A stretch of DNA of 64,000 bases from Candidatus Saelkia tenebricola (GTDB taxonomy: Bacteria; Omnitrophota; Gorgyraeia; Kaelpiales; Kaelpiaceae), in contig JAVCDA010000010.1 of assembly GCA_030765145.1 (NCBI GenBank), forward strand, positions 119,344-183,343, given 5' to 3'. The position numbers and the translations under genes are program-made. The notes beneath the pieces are model-generated. The model was not told the DNA's origin. It ran no database searches and was given only the letters and a program-made list of their open reading frames with translations. Below, one piece after another: positions 1 through 10,009 of this stretch; position 1 is the first letter of the stretch; every line of letters starts with the position of its first letter.

Positions 1-11
1 AAAGCTATGAA

Positions 12-2144
12 ATGCGGAAAGAAATCTATGGAATCACCTCCAACTGGATTCTATATTTTTATTTAAGAGGTATGACCTCCTGGGATCAAATACTTTTCTC
101 TCTTAATGAAATATCCGCAATAACAAATCTCTCTTTAAAATATCGCCTTAATTACAGCCAGGACGATCTACGCTACTGGTTTCAGCATAAAAATGAATCC
201 GGATACACCATGAAAGAGCTAGAGCAAATTTTTTATTTAATGTCCCGCACTAAAACAATTCTGATTAAATCTATAGAAGAACTATATAGAATGGATGAAA
301 TATCGCCGCACATATCAAAGTTAAAACCCTATTTAGAGGAAATCAAAAATAAAAAAATGCATCCCGGTGAGATCCAAAGATTAGCAGAAGAGATCCTCTA
401 CCCTCAAAAAGTAAGTATCAAAGACCTAATAGAAGAATATAAAATCGGGGTTTTGATTCAAGCCTTATACCTTGCTGAATTAAACATCGAACTCACCCCT
501 TATGATATTACAGAAATATTCACTTTTTTTAAAAAAGAAGGCCTTAATATAGACGACTTGATTCAATTGATTAAAACAGAACAGCTTGTATATCAAATCT
601 TAGGTAAAAACGAACTTGCTTTTATCTTCAGAGAACCAGAGCTTCGAAAATTCATCTGGCAAAACACATATAACAGAGGATGGGAATCCACCAGCCAATA
701 TTTCAAAAAATGGGCATGGAAATTAACAACCTTCTTAAAAGAATTTAAACAAGAGCATGGTAGCCATCCGCCCAAAAGATTACTATATGTTCTATTAGAC
801 CGCCACATTGTCAATGCCCCCGATTGGCAAATGAGGAGATTAATACACCAAGGGAATCTCTCCCAAGAATCCAAAAACCCTCTTATCGTCAATCTAGGTG
901 AAAACTGGAATATAAAAAGGGAGTTACTTTTCTTCTGCTATGAACATTTGCCTATAGGAATTGACGCTGACAATCTAAACTCTTTAATATACTACTTTCT
1001 CAATCTCAATTTTTATGACTACTCGCACCTATTAGAATTAGAAAAAAAATTCGAAGAAAACATGGCTCAAACTGTTATTGCAAATGGCACACCCTACTTG
1101 GAAGACAGAATGAAGAAAATCATGCCTTTGGCTTTTCCGATGCTTAGATACTTTTATCAAAAGGAAAGTGTTTTCAAAGAAAGAATCAGCGGATTTTCAA
1201 AACGGTCAAAAAACGGTTTTAAAAGTATTGTTCCCAATACGAGTTTTCAGGAGATGTTAAATTCCCCCGAGAAAAGAATCGCAATAATAAAGCGCGTCCA
1301 AGATGCCGCCCGAAAATATTATAATGTCGAACTCTCTCCCGCCAGGACATACAGTATTATCTGGAAAATGCGCGAAGGATACCAACTCGAGGATGCACTT
1401 AGAATATTCATAGGTAATTACAGGCAGCTTAAAAACATTTACAAGACATCTGCGTCTAAAGAAATAACCGGGAATATTAGCAATCTGCTCTTACACCTTT
1501 CTCAGCAGATATATTTAACACCACTTGAGATAAAAGATTGCGAAAAAATATTCCTTATTATGCGTCAGCTTCAAATCATCAAAACAATAGGTAATAATGT
1601 ATTGTTCGAGCCCTCGCAAGATTACCGTAATGCCGAGTCTATTTACTTCACGGGGCTAGAGGCAAAAGATTTAAACAAAATCACAGGATTCTTAAAAAAG
1701 ACAGACCAATACCTGCCTCAAGAACAAAGGGATACTACTCTCTACCTATGTCTGAAAAGCTTTAAATCCCAGCCTTACTACATCCCAGGCATTGCAATGT
1801 ATGATTACAAAGATTATTATGAAACCCTCGGTGAAACCGATACTCCGAATAACAAACTTATATCCTATCTCAACAAAAACAATATATCGCCTCAAGGATA
1901 CTATTATATTTACTCTTCAGCTAAACACCATGCATCGAATTTAGGACTCTCCTCTAAATTTAAAAAATATATACTGGCATTCTTACTTTACGAAAAGACC
2001 AAAGACCCTCAAATAGTAAAAATCGCTTTGGATTTAAAAACAGATGCTGAAGTTTATGCTTGCCTGAATAAAATAGATAAGATTTTGGCTAAAAAGAAAC
2101 GAACCATAATAAAAAGAAACATTTTAGAAGAATGCAGATTTTAA
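12..2144 (+). CDS. hypothetical protein (710 aa), Lys/Tyr/Asn-rich, apparently soluble, no recognisable family
   Basis: Long uninterrupted ORF. Its stop overlaps the next ORF start by 13 nt (ATGCAGATTTTAA). No catalytic or binding motif recognised by eye. Confidence 0.5.
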   Translation: MRKEIYGITSNWILYFYLRGMTSWDQILFSLNEISAITNLSLKYRLNYSQDDLRYWFQHKNESGYTMKELEQIFYLMSRTKTILIKSIEELYRMDEISPHISKLKPYLEEIKNKKMHPGEIQRLAEEILYPQKVSIKDLIEEYKIGVLIQALYLAELNIELTPYDITEIFTFFKKEGLNIDDLIQLIKTEQLVYQILGKNELAFIFREPELRKFIWQNTYNRGWESTSQYFKKWAWKLTTFLKEFKQEHGSHPPKRLLYVLLDRHIVNAPDWQMRRLIHQGNLSQESKNPLIVNLGENWNIKRELLFFCYEHLPIGIDADNLNSLIYYFLNLNFYDYSHLLELEKKFEENMAQTVIANGTPYLEDRMKKIMPLAFPMLRYFYQKESVFKERISGFSKRSKNGFKSIVPNTSFQEMLNSPEKRIAIIKRVQDAARKYYNVELSPARTYSIIWKMREGYQLEDALRIFIGNYRQLKNIYKTSASKEITGNISNLLLHLSQQIYLTPLEIKDCEKIFLIMRQLQIIKTIGNNVLFEPSQDYRNAESIYFTGLEAKDLNKITGFLKKTDQYLPQEQRDTTLYLCLKSFKSQPYYIPGIAMYDYKDYYETLGETDTPNNKLISYLNKNNISPQGYYYIYSSAKHHASNLGLSSKFKKYILAFLLYEKTKDPQIVKIALDLKTDAEVYACLNKIDKILAKKKRTIIKRNILEECRF

Positions 2145-5100
2145 TTACTTCATTTAATTTAGCAGGCTGGTTCATAATTATAGTTCTTATAAAAGAACTT
2201 TTGAATGCTATTTTTGACTGTTTTGAATTCTACAGAAATACTTACATTAAAAACCCAACCGGTTGGACAAAAAGAAAATTGCGCTGGTATCTTTTAATAC
2301 ACCTACCGAATGAGCTCATAGCTTCATTGGTTGTTTTCGGCTATATATTTCTGCTATTTAACCACCGGGCATCCTGGTTATTCTTAATTGCTTTTTCAGG
2401 ATATTTGTTTAAAAAAATAATACAGGACCCAATTTATATTTTACACAGCTATTGTCTAAACTTTATCTGCAGAAAAGAAGAAATTAAACCCAGGAACACT
2501 GCCCTTGCAAATATCTTCCCTAATGCTATTTACATGCCCCACTTAGGATATTCTGAATCAGAAATTGATCAAGCTCTATCAACCTTATGTCTTTCCTACC
2601 TTAATAATAAAAATTGGAATACTTCCTTAATATACCATTCCGATAACAAAAATCCCGATTTTATACTGAAAGCCCTTAGGAAATTAAAATACCTGGCGAA
2701 AAAACTTAAAATCGATAATTTTATATTCTTGCAGCGAGATATTTCATCTCATGAAAAAAACTTCCTGGGTAAACCTGGTGCTTATCTTGCAGATTATCAA
2801 CTTTTGTCTACGGGTATAACACACCCGGTAATATACATAGAAAAAGAGTGGGATGCCAGGGTACAATTTAAATGTCAACTTGATACCGACAGCAGAATAG
2901 TTGTAGAAAAACCCCACTTACCATTTCTATTGCCGGATAAAATAGAATCCGGTTTTACACATTTTATCTATTACCCACACCCTAAACCCGGGTTCTACAT
3001 CAAAGAAAGTTTAAAACTCACTACTTCAAAAGGCAGAACCTTTTTTACAGAAGTAGAAACTAAACTACACCTGATTTCTAAAATAAACCCTAAAACCAGA
3101 TTTCTCCTTCACTTAGGCGGTATTTATACTCACAACGGTGATCTTATCTTGCGCCCAGAAGAATGGACAATACAGGCAACCGGTATAATAACACACAAAA
3201 CCACCCACCCTAAACTTCCCCTAGACCCTTATCAAATTATCATCCAAAAGACTATTTGCTTAGATGGGGTCAAGTGTTTTGTAGATAAAGATTTAAATAT
3301 TCTCAATAAAGAACTTGAAATTATCATACCTCATGGTGAATTTTCCATAAAGCACCATTATCAGCTTTATCAGCGTCAGAATGATTTCCTTTATCTTGTT
3401 GAAGACAATTTTGAACCTTTAAAAGAAAAACTAATCGGTGAGGATTTTAGAAGAGACCCTTTAAACCTACTGCATAAAATACCAACTGAGGTAATGGAAG
3501 AAATAGAAACGAGTGATGATTTCAACTATTTTGAAAAAAAACAACTTCGAAAAACAGGAATTTGGGACTCAAAAAACAGTTTTAAAAATTTTAAATTCGG
3601 CTGGGAGAAAGAATTTTTAATTAAAGATACTCTTATTAAAAACAGGTGTATTTTAAAAGGAGGCTATTATTTAATAGACGCGGATAAGATCCCGCTAGAT
3701 ATCTTCCATACCCCGAATATGGAAATTAAAACAGTACTTGCACAAGATAATATCTATGGACTTGATAAAGATGAAAAAATTCCTCTTTTAACTTTAAAAG
3801 GAGATCCTGTTTTAAACATTGATGGCAAAATACTTGTTAAAGCTCCCTATGTTGAGTTTTTTAAAGAATCCGATACAGGTTTTATCGTCAACGAAAAAGA
3901 CGGTTTTCTATATCGGTTAGGCATGCTTTATTTCTGCGGAGAAAAAAACATCTATCCTGTTTCTAAAAACGTTTGGGAATTAAAAAAACACCTCATTTAT
4001 ATTGAGCCAGCCAGCAACAATTTGATAAAGAAAACACTTATTGCAAGCCCCGGCGGTTATAAGTTAAAAAACAACTCTGTCATTTTGAAGAAAAAACTCT
4101 TGTCTAATCCTTTCTCCGTTTTTATTGAAAATAGAATGTTTAAAATTAAAGACCCCTTGAGTAATAAAATTTTATCTTTAGATAATTGCACTTTGGATGA
4201 ATACGGCATCTGGCTTGATGAAAAAGAAACTGAATTATCTTTATCGGAGCATTTAAAGTTTCAAGCTCATTATATATTCCAGGAAGAGATTATTGCAAAA
4301 CATGGAGAATACACAATTAATGACAATTTCGTAGAAACAGATGGGGTAAAACATCCTCTAGGCATTAATATTTGCCACGAAAATTCTCTTTTAAAACATC
4401 AAGGCCAAACCTTAAGAGCAAGCATATCCTTTATGATTATTAATCAAGTTGATTCTGATGGTGAATTTTTAAAAGACGCCCTCTGCGAAACAAATGCTAT
4501 ATTGACAGAGCAGCTGCTTTTAGATGAATTTGAATACGGCATGATTCAACCTGAAATTTCTTTTGCCAACTCATCAGATTCGTTATTTGCAAGGCTGCTT
4601 TCCTGGGCACATGAAGAATTTAAGTTTGCAGAACGTGCATTTTTTAATACCTATAAAGAGGGTAATTCTTACGGTAAAGTTTCCAAAGCCCTTCCTTTAT
4701 ATATAGGTAATATCCTGTTTAAAGAATCTATCCCTGCAATCGCTAGGACACATGACCACTGGGAGGCAATGCATTTAAGAACCCTTTTCCAATTCTCCGG
4801 AAAACACAAAGGTGCCCGATTAATAGAAAACGTGCCTTCCAACTTTTATAGTTTCTTAAAAAGAAAGCAAGGTTGGTTAACCGGCGATGTACTACTTCTG
4901 GAGTTGGAATCAAAAACAGGCACTCTAATAAGTCTTTTGCGCAGTATAAAATCTTTTTTATCGGGAAGAACAAAAGCTGCAAGATACTGGATTCAATATG
5001 CTCAAATTCACAGAAAGATGCTTAAACAATCTAAGAAAAATTACACTGCATTAGGATTACAAAGAATTTTAACGCTTCGAAGAACTGCTCTCTCAACAAC

Positions 5101-6502
5101 ATATCTTATGCTCTGGCTCATGCTATGCGGTTGGCTGGCATTGATAATACCCGGAAGCCTAAGCATTCAAAGCAGTTTGCTCAGTTGGATTCTATTCTTA
5201 ACATCAGTATTGCTCATTATAGTACTTCCAAAATTCTTTATTCCCTTAACAAATACTATTTTAAAAGAGATAAAAACATTTAGTGGATTCTGTTTTATAG
5301 CATTCACTATATATTCAGTTATCATTACTAATGATATTATTACCCGTCACCCTCAATCTATAGTTTACTCTGCAATTTTAGGCTACAGTTATATCTTAAT
5401 CAGAAGCCTGTTTTTGCCCCTATTCTTTATTATCTTGGGCAGCAGAAGACGTCTTCGAGTAAGGCTAGGAACACTAACGTTATTACTTCTTTGCCTATTG
5501 CTGCTTTTAAACGGCTACGATATCCTGCATTATCTTTCTACAAGTAAAAAATTTTACTGGATCACTTTGCTCTTCTTGAGCCAGCTTCCTTACGTTTGGA
5601 CATATTTAATACCGATTTATGTTATTTCCAGATTCTCTCGTTTGGGCAAAAAACTATTTTCTAACTTAAAAGAAGGCGCAAAAGAACTTTTAGCAACCAC
5701 ATCAACACTTTTGATGCATTTAGTTTACGAGCCCATTCATATCATTAGAGTATTTCTAATGCTTATCAAAAAACCTTTTTCAAAAATAGCTTGGTTTCCT
5801 CAAAGCTACTTTGACAGAATAGCAGCTAACATCACTTCCCTTCCCCGTGCCTATTGTTGTTTTTACCTGCCGCCATTATTTTGTTTGATCTTTATTATCA
5901 TCCCCTTAAAGCTGCATATTTTACCTCCTCAAATCCTTTCTTTGGGCTGGCCAATATTTATCTGGTCCTGGCTTTTAGGACCATTTTGGGCATACTGGAC
6001 ATGCAGGCACAGAAAGAACCTGCATAGAATTATTCCTTCGACTCTAATTATACGCCAAGTACTAAATCAATCTCTTGTCTTTACTGATACAAACCCTACA
6101 AAATTTAATAAAATCTTAGCAGACCTGCCTTACCAAATAGATGAGGAAGAGAAAATCAGGCTATATCTTTACTTCTTTACCGAAAAAACTCGCCTTATGC
6201 TCCCTAAAAAGAACCGAAACATATTAGACCGGATTGCTAACAAAACGGCGCGCATATCTTCTGATGCCAGAGTAACTGACTGGGAAACACTATCTGAATT
6301 CTCACGCGTAAAAATAATCAAGCAATTCCGAAAATATTTAGACAAAGATTTGCTTAAACAGATAAGTTTTTACAGTGATCTTCTTTTTAACATGCTCAAG
6401 AAAGGTTGGGCAGAAGTTGAGTGGCAAAATCTTTCCGAAACAGAGCAGTCCCAAATTATAAATACTCTGAGGCAAAAACACGCATTCAATCCCGAATTTT
6501 AA
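2132..6502 (+). CDS. giant polytopic membrane protein (1456 aa), unknown function
   Basis: N-terminal 3-4 hydrophobic helices, a soluble region of about 900 aa, a C-terminal block of about 8-9 TM helices (roughly aa 1000-1300) and a soluble tail. Translationally coupled to the upstream ORF. Confidence 0.55.
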   Translation: MQILITSFNLAGWFIIIVLIKELLNAIFDCFEFYRNTYIKNPTGWTKRKLRWYLLIHLPNELIASLVVFGYIFLLFNHRASWLFLIAFSGYLFKKIIQDPIYILHSYCLNFICRKEEIKPRNTALANIFPNAIYMPHLGYSESEIDQALSTLCLSYLNNKNWNTSLIYHSDNKNPDFILKALRKLKYLAKKLKIDNFIFLQRDISSHEKNFLGKPGAYLADYQLLSTGITHPVIYIEKEWDARVQFKCQLDTDSRIVVEKPHLPFLLPDKIESGFTHFIYYPHPKPGFYIKESLKLTTSKGRTFFTEVETKLHLISKINPKTRFLLHLGGIYTHNGDLILRPEEWTIQATGIITHKTTHPKLPLDPYQIIIQKTICLDGVKCFVDKDLNILNKELEIIIPHGEFSIKHHYQLYQRQNDFLYLVEDNFEPLKEKLIGEDFRRDPLNLLHKIPTEVMEEIETSDDFNYFEKKQLRKTGIWDSKNSFKNFKFGWEKEFLIKDTLIKNRCILKGGYYLIDADKIPLDIFHTPNMEIKTVLAQDNIYGLDKDEKIPLLTLKGDPVLNIDGKILVKAPYVEFFKESDTGFIVNEKDGFLYRLGMLYFCGEKNIYPVSKNVWELKKHLIYIEPASNNLIKKTLIASPGGYKLKNNSVILKKKLLSNPFSVFIENRMFKIKDPLSNKILSLDNCTLDEYGIWLDEKETELSLSEHLKFQAHYIFQEEIIAKHGEYTINDNFVETDGVKHPLGINICHENSLLKHQGQTLRASISFMIINQVDSDGEFLKDALCETNAILTEQLLLDEFEYGMIQPEISFANSSDSLFARLLSWAHEEFKFAERAFFNTYKEGNSYGKVSKALPLYIGNILFKESIPAIARTHDHWEAMHLRTLFQFSGKHKGARLIENVPSNFYSFLKRKQGWLTGDVLLLELESKTGTLISLLRSIKSFLSGRTKAARYWIQYAQIHRKMLKQSKKNYTALGLQRILTLRRTALSTTYLMLWLMLCGWLALIIPGSLSIQSSLLSWILFLTSVLLIIVLPKFFIPLTNTILKEIKTFSGFCFIAFTIYSVIITNDIITRHPQSIVYSAILGYSYILIRSLFLPLFFIILGSRRRLRVRLGTLTLLLLCLLLLLNGYDILHYLSTSKKFYWITLLFLSQLPYVWTYLIPIYVISRFSRLGKKLFSNLKEGAKELLATTSTLLMHLVYEPIHIIRVFLMLIKKPFSKIAWFPQSYFDRIAANITSLPRAYCCFYLPPLFCLIFIIIPLKLHILPPQILSLGWPIFIWSWLLGPFWAYWTCRHRKNLHRIIPSTLIIRQVLNQSLVFTDTNPTKFNKILADLPYQIDEEEKIRLYLYFFTEKTRLMLPKKNRNILDRIANKTARISSDARVTDWETLSEFSRVKIIKQFRKYLDKDLLKQISFYSDLLFNMLKKGWAEVEWQNLSETEQSQIINTLRQKHAFNPEF

Positions 6503-6505
6503 ACA

Positions 6506-7177
6506 TTAATTTTTGACCTTGTGCAAATATTTCCTTATTATCAAAAATATAGGCAAAAGCAAAATCCCCGTAATAAATCCTCCGATATGGGCAAACCAGG
6601 CAACATTTGCAAAACCAGATTCTACTGATAGAGAAGATACCCCGTGTAAAAATTGTAAAATAAACCATAAACTGATTAATAAATAAGCAGGAAATCTAGC
6701 TGGAATAGCAATGCCTACCAATATTAAAACTACTATTCGGGAGCTCGGATAAAGCACCATATGGGCCGCTAAAATACCCGATATCGCACCTGATGCACCG
6801 ATTGTAGGACTACTTGATGCTGGATTTATAACTAAATAAATAATTCCGGCACCAATACCACACAATAAATAAAAATAAATAAATCCCATGTGCCCTACAA
6901 TATCTTCAACATTCTTGCCGAATACCCAAAGAAAAAGCATATTGAAAAGATAATGAAACCAGCCGGCATGTAAAAACATATACGTTAGGAGTGTAAAATA
7001 AAACTTAAGTTCTCCTGCAAACAACACCTTAACCGGAATACACGCTAAATTGTTTATCAAAAACTCGTGGTGCAAATTATTCTGTTGGTATAAAAAAACA
7101 ACCGTATTTAAAACAAGAATAAAAATCACACTTATTGGAAAAGTTTTATTTTTAGAATCACATCTTAACGGTAACAT
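6506..7177 (-). CDS. rhomboid family intramembrane serine protease
   Basis: Polytopic membrane protein with a GASGAISG (GxSG catalytic Ser) motif and a downstream AHIGG His-containing helix typical of rhomboids. Confidence 0.8.
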   Translation of the reverse strand: MLPLRCDSKNKTFPISVIFILVLNTVVFLYQQNNLHHEFLINNLACIPVKVLFAGELKFYFTLLTYMFLHAGWFHYLFNMLFLWVFGKNVEDIVGHMGFIYFYLLCGIGAGIIYLVINPASSSPTIGASGAISGILAAHMVLYPSSRIVVLILVGIAIPARFPAYLLISLWFILQFLHGVSSLSVESGFANVAWFAHIGGFITGILLLPIFLIIRKYLHKVKN

Positions 7178-7228
7178 TTAATATAGTATATCATCTAATT
7201 ATTATTTGGGAAACTACAGAGAAAACGC

Positions 7229-7675
7229 CTATCTATTTTTGCTATCTAAGATTATGGTAACAGGACCGTAATTAGTAAGCGTAATATCCATATGGGTTTT
7301 AAATATACCTTGGACGACTCTTACATTTTGTGATTTCAAATATTGAAAAAATTTATCAACCATGTCCTTTGCCTTATCCGGAACCATTGCATTATCAAAA
7401 GAAGGACGTCTACCTTTTTTACAATCCGCAAAAAGCGTAAATTGAGAAACTAAAATAACCTCTCCCTTAACATCAAGAAGTGATTCATTGAGCTTCCCTT
7501 CATTGTCTTCAAAAACACGCAGATTTATTATTTTATTTCCCAGCCATATGATATCCTCATCATTATCGCCACATCCAATTCCAAGTAATATCAAAAACCC
7601 ATGGCTAATACTACAAATTATACTCTCATTAACAACAACATTTGCATTTTTTACTCTCTGCAAAACTGCTTTCAT
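7229..7675 (-). CDS. dtd: D-aminoacyl-tRNA deacylase
   Basis: 148 aa with MKAVLQRV N-terminus, SQFTL motif and NYGPVT C-terminal motif characteristic of Dtd. Confidence 0.9.
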   Translation of the reverse strand: MKAVLQRVKNANVVVNESIICSISHGFLILLGIGCGDNDEDIIWLGNKIINLRVFEDNEGKLNESLLDVKGEVILVSQFTLFADCKKGRRPSFDNAMVPDKAKDMVDKFFQYLKSQNVRVVQGIFKTHMDITLTNYGPVTIILDSKNR

Positions 7676-9174
7676 TGTAGGGAGTTTGACTCCATTTTCT
7701 TAAGACATTTTGAATAATACCCACCAGTATAAGCATCCAAAGCAGCGGTTAACTCTTCCAAATACATCATCTGCTTGATATACTCATAGCTATTTTTAGG
7801 AGTTTTGTTTAAAAGTTCATTTTTCACCCTTAATCGTTCGAAATAAAGACGGTTTACTTCATTTAAAATATCTATTCTCAATTGGGTATTAAGCCTGGCG
7901 CGTGTGTCAACATCATCTTGGTACATATTCCAAATCAAATTATCTAAATCCCAAGTTAAATCCAAACTCCAATCCCGAGGACCAATTTGAACTTTGTCAT
8001 AGCTTGCGCCTAAAGCAGTAGTCACGGTTTTATCGTATCCTAATTTAAGTTGAGGCATAAGTGCCCGATATTTCAGAGATATTCTCCAAGCCCTGATTTT
8101 TTCCGGACTCACTTCATTATAAGCCAAAGACTCTTCTTGAATCTCCTGACAACTAGGCTCATCCTTACAAAGCAATTGATACTGCCGTTCTATCAACTCT
8201 TGGGAATCCTCTCCTTCAATAAACACACCTCGCGATGTTGCGAGATAAATCTTACCTTTATTATCCATGCTGATACAATTTATCTTCCCCGTCGGCAGAC
8301 CTTCATAAATTTTCATAGCAGTACGCCTTGAGGGATAAGCTTTGAATAACCCCTCATCAGTTGCGATGTAAACAGTTTCCGGCATTGATTGAAAAATAAA
8401 ATTGATTTTTGTGTTAGGCAACCCTTGTAAATATGTTTTTATAAAACTTTTGCCTTGGTTACTCGATACAAAAAGCCCGTTATTTGTGCCCATGTAAATT
8501 TTTCTTTTATCTTTTACACCTACCTGAATAATAGAAGGGGTATTTCTGTGTTCTTCTCCCTCAGAATCTTTCTCGCCATCAACATCTATAAATACATCTT
8601 CATCCCGTGACGCTACAAAAGTACGTCGGAAATGTAGTAAATCATTACTTTCGTAAACACCCATATTAGTTGCTATGTATAGAAAAGGTTTTGAATAATC
8701 AACCCAGTAAACCTCAATTTTGCTCGACAACGTTTGGATTTTCTGAAAGTTATACACCCCCATATCTGCATGATATAATCCCTCACTTGTTCCCAAATAA
8801 ATTTTAGAGCCGATTCTCTTTACATAAAAACATTTTACATTCTGATTTCTATCTCTAAATATGTACTCGAACCTTTCTTGGTCCCTGGTAAGCAGCAACC
8901 CGGAATCTGCTGCTATAAAAAGCAGACCGTATTCTGTCGGATCAGGATATACAAAATTAATATTGCCCTCTTTTATTTTATAAATCAGCTTCCAGATGTT
9001 CGAAGCTTCTTTTTTATACAATGTATCACCTGAGGCGGCATAGATTATCTCATCATTAAAAGGATGCAACAGAAGAAAAGAAATGTCAGAATCCATTAAT
9101 CCCGAAATTTGTTCAAACTCTGCTTCTGCTGATAAAGGAAGAAACAGAATAAAAACAACCAGAATAAGCAACAT
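7672..9174 (-). CDS. secreted repeat protein, probable beta-propeller (Reg_prop/YVTN-like repeats)
   Basis: Signal peptide MLLILVVFILFLPLSAEA. Repeated (I/V)Y(L/I)(A/G)T..G(L/V)(F/Y) blocks about 45-50 aa apart. Distinct C-terminal 130 aa rich in Trp/Asp/Leu. Confidence 0.5.
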   Translation of the reverse strand: MLLILVVFILFLPLSAEAEFEQISGLMDSDISFLLLHPFNDEIIYAASGDTLYKKEASNIWKLIYKIKEGNINFVYPDPTEYGLLFIAADSGLLLTRDQERFEYIFRDRNQNVKCFYVKRIGSKIYLGTSEGLYHADMGVYNFQKIQTLSSKIEVYWVDYSKPFLYIATNMGVYESNDLLHFRRTFVASRDEDVFIDVDGEKDSEGEEHRNTPSIIQVGVKDKRKIYMGTNNGLFVSSNQGKSFIKTYLQGLPNTKINFIFQSMPETVYIATDEGLFKAYPSRRTAMKIYEGLPTGKINCISMDNKGKIYLATSRGVFIEGEDSQELIERQYQLLCKDEPSCQEIQEESLAYNEVSPEKIRAWRISLKYRALMPQLKLGYDKTVTTALGASYDKVQIGPRDWSLDLTWDLDNLIWNMYQDDVDTRARLNTQLRIDILNEVNRLYFERLRVKNELLNKTPKNSYEYIKQMMYLEELTAALDAYTGGYYSKCLKKMESNSLQ

Positions 9175-9194
9175 TAAGCACCACCTTTTTGCTC

Positions 9195-9947
9195 TTAAGA
9201 TTTGTGTACATGCTCACGATACTTCAACAAACTTAAAAACTGATAAAGGGAAGCAAAATACGCCACAACAAAACCGTAAAAACCATCTCGGAAACCTTTT
9301 TTCTTGATATAGCTTCTAAAAAATCTGTCAATACTGCGCCAAAGAAATTTACCAACCTTTATTCTCTTTCCCTGGGCAATCCATTTTTCAACCTCAAGAG
9401 TTGTTTGACGGTTTTGTTTGTTAAGAAAATCTGATATGTCTTTATAAGAATAATGAATTAAATCCGATTCTAAACGCCCTGCTTCACCATCCGTAAAAGC
9501 CACCGGATGAACGTGAGATTCCTCCCACTTAAATCGATCTTTTCTGAAAAGTTTTAACTGAGCACTGGGATACCAGCCTCCGTATTTAACCCAGTAATCA
9601 GCAATAAAATTCCTTCTGGGAATAGCAAAAGCAACTTTACTATTCGGGTTATTCAGGGTATCTGCAATCTCACTCTTCAGCTCTTCAGTTACCCTTTCGT
9701 CGGCATCAAGACTTAAGACCCAGTTATTTTTTGCCTGTTGATATGCCCAGTTCCTATGGGCTCCTTCTATGTCCATTTTCTTGACTAAAACTTTATTCGC
9801 ATAAAATGATGCAATATCACGAGTTGAATCCGCACTTTCATCGTCTACAATAATTATCTCATCTGCCCATTTATAGACGGACTGAAGACAGTCTTTAATA
9901 TTCTTCTGTTCGTTTTTAGTAAGTATTACAACTGTTAACGGTATCAT
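9195..9947 (-). CDS. family 2 glycosyltransferase (LPS-core WaaE/KdtX-like)
   Basis: N-terminal VVILTKNE...IIVDDES.D.T motif of GT-A/GT2 enzymes; about 250 aa. Confidence 0.8.
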   Translation of the reverse strand: MIPLTVVILTKNEQKNIKDCLQSVYKWADEIIIVDDESADSTRDIASFYANKVLVKKMDIEGAHRNWAYQQAKNNWVLSLDADERVTEELKSEIADTLNNPNSKVAFAIPRRNFIADYWVKYGGWYPSAQLKLFRKDRFKWEESHVHPVAFTDGEAGRLESDLIHYSYKDISDFLNKQNRQTTLEVEKWIAQGKRIKVGKFLWRSIDRFFRSYIKKKGFRDGFYGFVVAYFASLYQFLSLLKYREHVHKS

Positions 9948-10009
9948 TTTTATATTGGTTATAAGAACAACACAATCTTATCAGAAAATATTAAAATTCC
10001 AAGCAGAAA

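Noticed and set aside
593-892. 99-aa minus-strand ORF inside the first giant gene, and similar small antisense ORFs (4743-4982, 6486-6668)
   Set aside because: They are antisense or overlapping long coherent ORFs, with no start context or motifs.
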